Shown: one piece after another, positions 49,751-58,598 of the stretch | Numbering within the stretch: position 1 is the first letter of the stretch | Layout: each line of letters opens with the position of its first letter | Translations under genes and position numbers: made by a program | Notes under the pieces: model-generated | Seen by the model: only the letters and a program-made list of their open reading frames with translations | Database searches by the model: none | What the model was told of the DNA's origin: nothing | Assembly: GCA_041859875.1 (NCBI GenBank) | Contig: JBFLFY010000004.1 | Span: 8,038 to 72,037 of the forward strand | Origin: Caproicibacter sp. | Lineage (GTDB): Bacteria > Bacillota > Clostridia > Oscillospirales > Acutalibacteraceae | DNA length: 64,000 nucleotides | Direction: 5' to 3'

Positions 49751-51553
49751 TTAAGAAAATGTATATTTGCCGTCTGTAATGGAGTAGCTACTGCCGCCCG
49801 GAATTGGCGCTCCAGTCGAAACATACTTTTTCATACCTGCCTTCATTGCATCCACATCCAGCAGGTTGGTTCCACACGGCACACTGTAGGTGTAGGTCGA
49901 AGGATCATGCGGGTCTACATAATCATCTTTCGAAGGGTCCGTGAACTGCCGTAATAACTCAAAAGTGTTGCCGCTTAGGTCTTCGACCTTCAGGCCATGC
50001 GGAAGCACCAAAATAACACTTTTTGAGTTGTCTGCCGGGTAACCGGCATAAAGGGCAGAGTTGCTGAAAGTGGGTTTCAGCACCGTTTCTTCGGAAGGTT
50101 TAAGCCAAGGGCTGCCGTTGTAGTTTTGCACATTGAGCCAGAGCCGCCCCGGGACACTTGTTGTATCGCTCGTGTCAAGCGGATCCACCTGAAAAGTAAA
50201 AGGCTGCTTCGGTACGGTAAACACGTTTGAGCTAAGGTTTTCAATTTCAAAAGTAATGCTGTGTGCTGTAAACTTTAAGAGGCTTGTCGAAGTGAAATTA
50301 TTCAGTTCGCCCAGGCCGGTCGGGCACAGATTTAAATAGACATCCTTCCCTGCTTGCGGGGCACCGTCGATTGTGCCAGACTGCAGTTTGCCGCCATCCG
50401 TCCACCCTATGCCGCCGTCGCGCTCACTGGAAACCAGCGGGTAGCCCTTTGACAAAGTGGAACTGTTCAGATAAGTTACATTGTTCACATAGGTCTTAGT
50501 GGGAAATTTGCCGCCGGAACTTTGTGAATTGCCCATTTGTACCGTAATATTTGGAGTGCCATCCTCAATCTCCGCCATGTTGGTAATCCGTTTCAGCTTC
50601 CCATTGGTGTAACTGTCAGAATCTAAAAGATCCGTTTGATCTTTGAAGTAATAATAACCGGCTGCAATACTTGGTAAACTCGCTCCTGCAATCTGAACCG
50701 CGTTGTCAGTGCCGAAGCAAACGATGCCGACATAACTGCTGTCGTTGGCGTCAGGTTGGAGAATCTGGTAGTCTGTGTTGTCTGAATCAATACTCGCCCA
50801 AAGTTCGTTTTTCAAAATAAGATGCTGGCTTTTTGTGGCATCCGCCGTCAGTTTCGTCTTAAAATAAACAAAATTTGAACTGAGAGTCCACTGCGCGCTA
50901 CCTGCATCCGCACCAAACTGAAGACCGCCGTCATTGATAAAGTAAGCTTCGGGCACCCTAGTCTTCACCGTGCTGTTGCATTCCACATCCGACTTGCTAA
51001 AAATCATGGGGTACGGGGACTGCGCATCTGTTGAAACATTAAAAGAATTCGGCGTTTTGCCGGAGTTGATAACCTGGGCGCGGCCATCATAGCGGGCACC
51101 GGCAAGAAGAAAGGTGTTCGGGCTCAAGGCGCCGTTGAAAGTCAGCGTAAAAGTATAGTTCAGCTTCTGCATTTTCCCGGAATTTTTGCCTTTTACCAGC
51201 GCAGAAATTTTCCACTGGCTGCCGCTCACATTTTTGCACTGGGCATAGCAATTTGTGCCGTCTGGGCTGCAGCTGGTGGAAAGTTCTTTGAAAGAGTCGC
51301 CATCCGGCCCCACGGAAAACTCCGTAAGCGACCCGTTTGCCTTCGCCTTCTCACAAACGAGCATATGCGCGTACTGTATGGCGGACTTTGCCTTTAGGTA
51401 AGTCTGCCGGCTGTCGGTGCTTATCCCGGTCATGCTCAGGCTGCTGACGGAAGCCGTAAAAATAATAGACGAAAAAATAATCAGCGCCACCACAGAAACG
51501 ATAACAACGACGAGCGAAAGGCCCTTTTTACTTTTTTTCACAGAAAAACACAT
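49751..51553 (-). CDS. Large modular minor pilin (PilX/GspK-like)
   Basis: KKG|LSLVVVIV lacking E5; QTYLKAKSAI helix typical of PilX N-termini; alternative GTG start at 51541. Confidence 0.75.
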   Translation of the reverse strand: MCFSVKKSKKGLSLVVVIVSVVALIIFSSIIFTASVSSLSMTGISTDSRQTYLKAKSAIQYAHMLVCEKAKANGSLTEFSVGPDGDSFKELSTSCSPDGTNCYAQCKNVSGSQWKISALVKGKNSGKMQKLNYTFTLTFNGALSPNTFLLAGARYDGRAQVINSGKTPNSFNVSTDAQSPYPMIFSKSDVECNSTVKTRVPEAYFINDGGLQFGADAGSAQWTLSSNFVYFKTKLTADATKSQHLILKNELWASIDSDNTDYQILQPDANDSSYVGIVCFGTDNAVQIAGASLPSIAAGYYYFKDQTDLLDSDSYTNGKLKRITNMAEIEDGTPNITVQMGNSQSSGGKFPTKTYVNNVTYLNSSTLSKGYPLVSSERDGGIGWTDGGKLQSGTIDGAPQAGKDVYLNLCPTGLGELNNFTSTSLLKFTAHSITFEIENLSSNVFTVPKQPFTFQVDPLDTSDTTSVPGRLWLNVQNYNGSPWLKPSEETVLKPTFSNSALYAGYPADNSKSVILVLPHGLKVEDLSGNTFELLRQFTDPSKDDYVDPHDPSTYTYSVPCGTNLLDVDAMKAGMKKYVSTGAPIPGGSSYSITDGKYTFS

Positions 51554-51631
51554 CTCCCCGCTGGATATTCCAAAGCATCCACAAATTTGCTGTATTTTAT
51601 GGCACTATTTTACATTCTTTCATTCAGTGTT

Positions 51632-51660
51632 ATTATATACTGCACATTTCGAAATTTCAA
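51632..51660 (-). promoter_or_regulatory. sigmaA promoter of the minor-pilin operon
   Basis: TTGAAA-17 bp-TATAAT on the minus strand. Confidence 0.7.
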
Positions 51661-51767
51661 CAGGCTGAGCAATTAAAATTTTTTTCGGAATTTTGCTCCG
51701 TAAAGTTCAGCGCACTCCCATTTCACCGCATTTCATTCTATGAAAGGGGAATGCCGTATGACAAATT

Positions 51768-51815
51768 ATCCGCCTCACGCCTGGTAAATACAGCCGGGCG
51801 GCTGGCGGATTTTTT
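51768..51815 (+). terminator. Orphan intrinsic terminator inside the pilus divergent region
   Basis: ATCCGCC-TCA-CGCCTGG...CCGGGCG-GCT-GGCGGAT followed by a T tract. Confidence 0.55.
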
Positions 51816-51925
51816 AGGCTGGTTTCCTCATACTGCTGTAACATCCAAGCGGTGCATTTGGTCGAACTTTTTTCATTTTGTACAATTTAAATTATTCCTA
51901 TGCGCTAATTTGTGTTAATATGCTA

Positions 51926-51954
51926 TTGACAATGGTTCTCTTGTGTGGCAATAT
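51926..51954 (+). promoter_or_regulatory. Putative sigmaA promoter of pilA
   Basis: TTGACA-17 bp-CAATAT with TG extension. Confidence 0.55.
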
Positions 51955-52124
51955 ATGGTTGTAAGTTTTCCAGAAGAATATTTAAGACGAATATTCCGCA
52001 CCGCACACCTCTGCACCGCGCATCTCCTTGGGGCCGAACGGTAAGAACGGGCGGCGTAAAAGATTTTGGTGTACAGACGATGGAAGCTTAACAAACAACT
52101 TATTTTTGGAAGGGGATAATCTTT

Positions 52125-52628
52125 ATGTCTATCAAGGCGAACCTTTCTGCAAAATCAGCCGTTCTGCAGAAAAAGAACAGTAAAAAAGGCTTTACTCTCG
52201 TTGAACTGGTCATTGTCATCGCGGTCCTGGCAATTATTGCCGCCATCGCCATTCCGACCGTAGTAAACGTTATTACCAATGCAAACAAGTCGACCGACAT
52301 AACCAATGCGCAGACTATTGAAAACACGATTAAAACGGCTGAGTCCGAAGTAGCCGCGAACGGAACAACTAAATCTGACCGTGCAGATGCACTTATCAAA
52401 AGCAAAACGCCGACTATTACATTTTTGCTGCAAACCTATGGCGTCGACCCAACTATTATGTCCAGTCCAAAAACAACGGGTGCCGTATTTCACTATATTA
52501 AATCTACTGGGAAAGTAATAGCCTGCAAGGACGACAAAACTCTCATCGACGGCACAGAGGATAAAAATCCTATTATTAAAGCCGACGGTAAATATACAAT
52601 AACCGGTGACGAATTATCAGTCGGCTAA
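52125..52628 (+). CDS. pilA: Type IV major pilin
   Basis: KKG|FTLVELVIVIAVLAIIAAIAIP; own promoter and terminator, consistent with a highly expressed subunit. Confidence 0.88.
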   Translation: MSIKANLSAKSAVLQKKNSKKGFTLVELVIVIAVLAIIAAIAIPTVVNVITNANKSTDITNAQTIENTIKTAESEVAANGTTKSDRADALIKSKTPTITFLLQTYGVDPTIMSSPKTTGAVFHYIKSTGKVIACKDDKTLIDGTEDKNPIIKADGKYTITGDELSVG

Positions 52629-52665
52629 TGATAATTTCTGGGCGGCCAGATTCACAGGGATTTTT

Positions 52666-52699
52666 GCAAAAGCCCGCTTCGGCGGGCTTTTGCTCTTTT
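52666..52699 (+). terminator. Intrinsic terminator after pilA
   Basis: GCAAAAGCCCGC-TTCG-GCGGGCTTTTGC. Confidence 0.85.
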
Positions 52700-52782
52700 G
52701 CTGTATTCAGCAGAAATTTCTAAAGAAGCAAAACACAGAAGTGTAAATATCATGGAACCAAAATCTTTCGCGAGGTGAGGAC

Positions 52783-54423
52783 TTGAAAAACATCTTTTTA
52801 CAGCTGACTGAAAACCTTCTGCTGCTGACGCCTTCCCGCAAAAACGGCAGGCAGAATATTTTTGACACACCGCTCGTTTTTCCTCTGCCGGAAACCCTCT
52901 GCGGTGAGGGCAAAGCCCTTGCGCAGGTGCACGAACTTGCGGTCTTTGCCGCACACTGCATACGAAGCTCCAACTTAACCGGCAACAACGTAATTTTCTG
53001 CTTGGACAGCAACACCGTCGTTATCAAGGAGTTTAAGCATCTGCCGGCAAAAACCGCCGACCTGCAAAAATTTGCCAAGCTGGAAGCCCAGACTTTTCTG
53101 CAGGATGGCCCAAGCAGTTACTTTATTGCAACACGCGAGTACGGCTACAAAGAAGCCGCAAGCGGCCAGCTGAAAGCCGTCTTTTACGCCGTGCCGCAGC
53201 CCATTATTGACTCTATTTCGCAGGAGTTCCACCGTGTGGGAGTCCGCGTGACAAAAATCTGCCCGCTGCTGAGCGGCATGATGAGCACCTGCCAGAACGC
53301 CATTGGGCTTTCGGCAAAAAGCTATATGTATAAAAACCGCACGGTTGCCGTTATTGACGTTGGGTACGAGCATGTAAGCGTTATGGTCTTCACCAACGGT
53401 TACCCGATTTTCCAGAAAGAGTTCAGCTCCGTGTGGCTTGAAATCTTGGAAATGCTGCGCCGGGAAGAAAGCTGCACCTATGAAGAAGCCCTGCACCAGA
53501 TGGCACAGCCCGGTTTTCTGCTGAACGCCGGGAAAGGCATTGTTTCCGACAGCGCCGCCGCGCAAATCGGCATCCTGCTGGAGTCTGCCGCCGCTGAAGC
53601 GGTGCGCAACACGCGCGTGGTTCTTTCCTCCGAACGTTTGGAGCCGGAAAAAGTCATCGTAAGCGGCGCCGTTGCCGCGCACCCGGATTTTTTGAAATAT
53701 GCCGAAAACCTCGGCCTCGGCGTGCCGTTTGAAAACGTGGAAATCACTTCGCAGCGCTACAAAACAAGCGTGGCCATTGAGCCGACAGCCAGCGCCGCCG
53801 GGTGCCACCCGATTGACTTTTTCACACTGGAAGGCCTGCTTCTTCCGCACACGCCAGTCGACTACATGCTGAACGTCAAGACAAGCTTTGGCAGCCACCA
53901 GCTGAATGTTGTGCTGTGCGTCGGCATGATTGTGGTTGCCGCGCTGGTTATGGCAATACAGCCCATCATGTACCTTGTTGCCGCACAGCAGGTGCATTCG
54001 GACGAAAACGCTTTGAATGCGCCGGAAATTACCGAAATTAAAGGGGTTCTCGCCCAGCAGGACAGCCTCCAGACGCAGCTGAAAGCGCTGAAAGCCGACG
54101 AAAACCTGCTGCCATACCAGAAGTCCAAGATGGAAGAAGCCGTCACCAAACTGCACGCGGAATTAATCCCGCAGATTGCGTCCATTACAAACTGCCAGAT
54201 TGACGGCACTAAGGGTACCATTACCCTTACATTCACGACTACCAGCTTCGAGCAGTTCAATGATGCGCGGAAGGCCGTGGCCGCTGCCAATTACTTTGAC
54301 GTCCTCATTCCTTTCAGCGCCAGTGTAGACGATAAAACAAATAAATGGCAGTGCTCTGCGGCGCTGTATGTCCGCAACTACAAGCCGTTTATGACCAGTG
54401 CTGCAAACGGAGGCGGAAAATGA
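52783..54423 (+). CDS. pilM: PilM-PilN fusion (alignment complex)
   Basis: Actin-like PilM features (YAVPQPIID, VIDVG, IVSGAVA), then a TM, coiled coil and PilN-like domain. Confidence 0.75.
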   Translation: MKNIFLQLTENLLLLTPSRKNGRQNIFDTPLVFPLPETLCGEGKALAQVHELAVFAAHCIRSSNLTGNNVIFCLDSNTVVIKEFKHLPAKTADLQKFAKLEAQTFLQDGPSSYFIATREYGYKEAASGQLKAVFYAVPQPIIDSISQEFHRVGVRVTKICPLLSGMMSTCQNAIGLSAKSYMYKNRTVAVIDVGYEHVSVMVFTNGYPIFQKEFSSVWLEILEMLRREESCTYEEALHQMAQPGFLLNAGKGIVSDSAAAQIGILLESAAAEAVRNTRVVLSSERLEPEKVIVSGAVAAHPDFLKYAENLGLGVPFENVEITSQRYKTSVAIEPTASAAGCHPIDFFTLEGLLLPHTPVDYMLNVKTSFGSHQLNVVLCVGMIVVAALVMAIQPIMYLVAAQQVHSDENALNAPEITEIKGVLAQQDSLQTQLKALKADENLLPYQKSKMEEAVTKLHAELIPQIASITNCQIDGTKGTITLTFTTTSFEQFNDARKAVAAANYFDVLIPFSASVDDKTNKWQCSAALYVRNYKPFMTSAANGGGK

Positions 54424-55019
54424 AAAATGCTAAAATATCCGGCGTGCTGATCTGTGCCTTGGCTGTTGCCGTCATTCTTGCCTTTTACTATGGGCTTTTC
54501 TATGGGAACCTTTCCACACAGACCAATTTTATGAACCAGAAGCACGAGGAAAACACCGAACAGCTTTCCTATTACCGTGACCAGATTTTTAAAGAAGCCG
54601 ATGTAAAGAAAAACATTTCCAGCCTGAAAGATCAGTTGAAAGCCTCCGGCAAAAAAACGGGTGTTCCGCCGGCAGAGCTAAACGACGACCTTATCAGCGC
54701 CTTCCACGCTTCGGGAATCACTACAAAGACCGTCACTTCCGAAGACGAAGTCAGCACACAGAAAAAGACTTCTTCCGGCCGCCTGCTGAAGACCGTATCC
54801 CCCACCGTCACCGCCGACTGCAAAGAAAGCCAGTTGGTCACGATGCTGCATTACCTTGAAAAAGGCACCAGCGCCGTCTATTACATAACGGGAATCAGCG
54901 CTGCCCCAAAGCAGAACGCAAGCAACACCTTCACGGGGATTTACACGGTTACGCTGAAAATGGATGCCTACTACTTTGCCGCCAGCAACGCTCCTGCCAA
55001 AGTGAAGGCCACCTCATGA
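54420..55019 (+). CDS. PilO-like protein
   Basis: N-terminal TM, coiled coil, small alpha/beta domain; ATGA coupling to pilMN. Confidence 0.65.
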   Translation: MKNAKISGVLICALAVAVILAFYYGLFYGNLSTQTNFMNQKHEENTEQLSYYRDQIFKEADVKKNISSLKDQLKASGKKTGVPPAELNDDLISAFHASGITTKTVTSEDEVSTQKKTSSGRLLKTVSPTVTADCKESQLVTMLHYLEKGTSAVYYITGISAAPKQNASNTFTGIYTVTLKMDAYYFAASNAPAKVKATS

Positions 55020-55747
55020 CGCCATGGCTCCTGCTGTACCCGGCTGCGGGGTTTGCCGCGGGCTTCTTTTCCCTTGCGGTTTTTAACCGTGTGCCCGCCC
55101 GCTGGCTCTGCGACTACGGAGAAACGCCGTCCCCTGAGCTGCTTGAGCAGCGCCTTTCCCCCGCACCGCACGGCGTGGCGCTCGGCTTTGTTTTCAGTGC
55201 AGCCTTTCTTCTGCTGGGGTTTCAGTACCATGCGCCGAACGCAGCTTTTTTCCTTCTCTGCGCTGCTTTGCTGCCGCTTACGTTTGCCGCTGTTTCAGAC
55301 TTGAAATATCACATCATCCCAGACCAGTGCCTGCCGGCTGCTCTGCTTCCCGCGGCTGTTCTTTATGTACTGACGCTCTGCGGCCGCGCAGATTTTTACA
55401 GCTCCGCTTTTTCGCCGTTCCTCGGCGCTCTGACAGGCGGCTGCCTCTGGCTTTTGATTGGCCTCATCGGCAAGCTGATTTACCGCCGGGAAAGCATTGG
55501 CTTCGGCGATGTAAAAATCTTCGCTGTCATCGGATTTTTGTGCGGGTTTCCCAACGTACTTGCTGTATTTTTAATTGGCATTCTGCTTGCAGGGATTCAC
55601 TTCATCGTTTTAATGCTGATGCACAAAATTAAGCCCGACCAGTATATGCCTATGGGGCCGTACCTCTGCGCCGCCTGCCTGCTGGAACTTGCGTTTCAAA
55701 GCCAGATTGCCGCCGGCATTCAGTGGTACATTTCCCGCCTGCACTGA
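55016..55747 (+). CDS. pilD: Prepilin peptidase (A24)
   Basis: SDLKYHIIPD and IGFGDVK catalytic Asp motifs; MPMGPYL. Confidence 0.88.
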   Translation: MTPWLLLYPAAGFAAGFFSLAVFNRVPARWLCDYGETPSPELLEQRLSPAPHGVALGFVFSAAFLLLGFQYHAPNAAFFLLCAALLPLTFAAVSDLKYHIIPDQCLPAALLPAAVLYVLTLCGRADFYSSAFSPFLGALTGGCLWLLIGLIGKLIYRRESIGFGDVKIFAVIGFLCGFPNVLAVFLIGILLAGIHFIVLMLMHKIKPDQYMPMGPYLCAACLLELAFQSQIAAGIQWYISRLH

Positions 55748-55777
55748 GTAACTGTCGCTTATGAATGGAGGTTCTGC

Positions 55778-57472
55778 ATGAAAGTAACCAATTTAAAACT
55801 TGGGCAAATGCTTATCCGGGAAGGCATCCTTACCGAGGATAAGCTGAATGAAGCCCTCCGAATTCAGAAAAAAACGAAAAAACGGCTTGGCGAAATTCTC
55901 ATTGACCAAAAATACATTTCGGAACTGCAGATTATTCACACGCTGGAGCGCCAGCTTGGCGTCCCTTACGTTGACATTGCCTCACTTCAGCTGCCGCAGG
56001 AGCTTTCGGCCCTCATTCCGGAAAGCATGGCGCGCGCCAATATGCTGATTCCCATTAAGAAAACCGGCAGCCTGCTTACCATAGCCATTGCAGACCCCTT
56101 GGACTACAACGCCATGAACGACGTGGGCACTTACACCAAGCTGCGCGTCTACCCCATGATTGCGGAGCGGGCAAAAATAGAAGCAAAAATCCGCGAACTT
56201 TACAGCGCGCAGAAAGCAAAAGACGCTGCGAAGGAACTTTCCGACATTCAGCCGCCTGTCGTCCCTGTTGTGACACATGAGGACAACGACGAAGGGGCGT
56301 CACAGCCGGTCATCCTTTTCGTCAACACAATGATTGAGCAGGCTGTGGCAAAAAAGGCCAGCGATATTCACATCGAGCCGCAGGAAAAGGAACTGCGCAT
56401 CCGTTTCCGCGTTGACGGCCACCTCTTCCTCTATATGTCAACCCCGCCGGACCTTGCGCCTGCGGTTGTTTCCCGCATTAAGTTCATCGGCGGCATGAAC
56501 ATCGCCGAAAAGCGTACTCCGCAGGACGGCCGTATCAACTATATGGTCGGGGACAAAGAAATTGATATGCGAATTTCCATACTGCCCTGCGTTTTCGGTG
56601 AAAAAGTCGTCATCCGTATCACCACAGCCCTCGGCCTTGCACTGGATAAAAACAAAATCGGCTTTTTGCCCGAGAATCTGAAAAAGTTTGACGCCATGCT
56701 GGCAAACAACCACGGAATCATCCTTCTGACAGGCCCAACCGGAAGCGGAAAATCCACAACTCTTTACGCCGCTTTGAAATCGGTCATGCGGGAAGACATC
56801 AACATTGTCACCGTAGAAAACCCGGTTGAAATGATTATCCCAAACATCACGCAGGTTGAAGTAAACGAAAAAGCGGGGCTGACTTTTGCTTCGGTGCTGC
56901 GTTCCATCCTGCGCCAAGACCCGGATGTCGTTATGGTCGGCGAAATCCGTGACCGCGAAACGGCTGAAATTGCAACCAGCGTAGCAATTACCGGGCATCT
57001 GGTGCTCTCTACCCTGCACACTTACGACGCTGCCAGCACCGTAATCCGCCTTGTGGATATGGGCATCGAGCCTTTTATGGTCTCCTCCGCCCTGCTGGGC
57101 GTTGTGGCCCAGCGCCTTGTGCGCACACTCTGCCCCCACTGTAAGGAAGAATATACGCCAAGCCCCAGTGAGCTGAAACTGCTTGGGCTTGACCCAGCCG
57201 AAAACAGCGGCCTGCGCATCTTCCGCGCCCACGAAGGCGGGTGCCAGTTCTGCAACAATAAGGGCTATACAGGCCGTACGGCAATTCATGAAGTTATGCC
57301 GGTTACAAACACGATTAAACGGCTGATAAACAGCAATGCCACCGTCGACGCCATCCGCGAAACCGCAGTTCAGGAAGGCATGATTACCATGGACGAAAAC
57401 CTGAAGGAAGCCGTTGTGGACGGCCGAACCTCAATAGAAGAAATGATCAATATCCATTCGCTCAAAATGTAA
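55778..57472 (+). CDS. pilB: Type IV pilus extension ATPase with MshEN domain
   Basis: ASDIHIEP, GPTGSGKST, LRQDPD, TGHLVLSTLH, CPHC/CQFC Zn motif. Confidence 0.93.
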   Translation: MKVTNLKLGQMLIREGILTEDKLNEALRIQKKTKKRLGEILIDQKYISELQIIHTLERQLGVPYVDIASLQLPQELSALIPESMARANMLIPIKKTGSLLTIAIADPLDYNAMNDVGTYTKLRVYPMIAERAKIEAKIRELYSAQKAKDAAKELSDIQPPVVPVVTHEDNDEGASQPVILFVNTMIEQAVAKKASDIHIEPQEKELRIRFRVDGHLFLYMSTPPDLAPAVVSRIKFIGGMNIAEKRTPQDGRINYMVGDKEIDMRISILPCVFGEKVVIRITTALGLALDKNKIGFLPENLKKFDAMLANNHGIILLTGPTGSGKSTTLYAALKSVMREDINIVTVENPVEMIIPNITQVEVNEKAGLTFASVLRSILRQDPDVVMVGEIRDRETAEIATSVAITGHLVLSTLHTYDAASTVIRLVDMGIEPFMVSSALLGVVAQRLVRTLCPHCKEEYTPSPSELKLLGLDPAENSGLRIFRAHEGGCQFCNNKGYTGRTAIHEVMPVTNTIKRLINSNATVDAIRETAVQEGMITMDENLKEAVVDGRTSIEEMINIHSLKM

Positions 57473-57515
57473 CAAGGCTTAATATTCATTCAAAACAAAG
57501 GAAGGCGGTTTTTCG

Positions 57516-58562
57516 ATGCAGTTCAAAGACATTGTCTTTAAAAGCGTATCGCTCGGCGCTTCCGATATTCACCTTTCCACAAACAACAAACCTGCCTGCC
57601 GGGTAAACGGTAAAATGCTGTTTTATGATTTGCCGGTTCTGACTGCCGACGACGTGAAGGGCATGATACAGAAATGCCTGAACCCGACAAAATTTGAACA
57701 GTTTCTGCGCACCGGCGATGTGGACGCTTCGGCGGAAATCCGCGGCTGCGGGCGTTTCCGTCTGAACGCTTTCCGGCAAGCGCACGGCTATACCATGGTG
57801 CTGCGTATTATCAACGCCCATACGCCGGAACTTTCGCAGCTGCGCCTTCCGGATTCCATACGGAAAATTCTGACCTACAAAGACGGTTTGGTCCTTGTCG
57901 TAGGCCCTACCGGAAGCGGTAAATCCACAACACTTGCCGCCATCATTAATGAAATTAACAAAACACGCTGTGACCACATTATCACCATTGAAGACCCGAT
58001 TGAATATATGCACAGCCCAAAACGGTGTGTAATAGACCAGCGTGAAGTCGGCGCCGACAGTGTTTCTTACGCACGGGCACTGAAAGCCGCACTCCGTGAA
58101 GACCCGGATATTATCCTCGTCGGCGAAATGCGTGACCTGGAGTCCATTTCCATCGCCGTTACCGCGGCAGAAACCGGCCACCTTGTGTTTTCCACTCTGC
58201 ATACAAGCGGCGCCGCCAACACCATCGACCGTATGATTGACGTTTTTCCGGCGGACCAGCAGCAGCAGATACGCACGCAGCTTTCCATGGCGCTGCGGGC
58301 TGTTATTTCACAGCATCTGCTTCCAACGGCAGACGGCCGCGGCCGCATTGCCGCATTTGAGATGATGTTTGTCAACAATGCTGTCAGCAACCTGATTCGT
58401 GAAGGAAAGACAGCAAATATTACCCAGATGATTCAGACCGGCGCTTCCCAGGGAATGCTTTCGCTTGAAAACAGCCTCCTGGCACTGATAAAAAGCGGCA
58501 TAATTCGCAAAGAGGCAGCCACCGGCTACCTGTCGAACGGCCGTTCCTCCCTTGTAAACTAA
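57516..58562 (+). CDS. pilT: Type IV pilus retraction ATPase
   Basis: ASDIHL, GPTGSGKST, QREVG, ALREDPD, AVSNLIRE. Confidence 0.94.
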   Translation: MQFKDIVFKSVSLGASDIHLSTNNKPACRVNGKMLFYDLPVLTADDVKGMIQKCLNPTKFEQFLRTGDVDASAEIRGCGRFRLNAFRQAHGYTMVLRIINAHTPELSQLRLPDSIRKILTYKDGLVLVVGPTGSGKSTTLAAIINEINKTRCDHIITIEDPIEYMHSPKRCVIDQREVGADSVSYARALKAALREDPDIILVGEMRDLESISIAVTAAETGHLVFSTLHTSGAANTIDRMIDVFPADQQQQIRTQLSMALRAVISQHLLPTADGRGRIAAFEMMFVNNAVSNLIREGKTANITQMIQTGASQGMLSLENSLLALIKSGIIRKEAATGYLSNGRSSLVN

Positions 58563-58598
58563 AAAAGCGGCTGAAAAGCCGGAAAGGATCTGATTCCA

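Noticed and set aside
51751-51918. 55-aa ORF MPYDKLSASR... in the pilus intergenic region
   Set aside because: The ATG abuts the RBS, and the ORF runs through the terminator; no protein-like features.
51849-52019. 8-bp inverted repeat GCGGTGCA/TGCACCGC flanking the pilA promoter (possible invertible switch)
   Set aside because: Too short to distinguish from chance, does not extend, and no recombinase is present in the window.
52783-54423. PilM-PilN fusion as a novelty
   Set aside because: PilMN fusions are already known in Clostridia.
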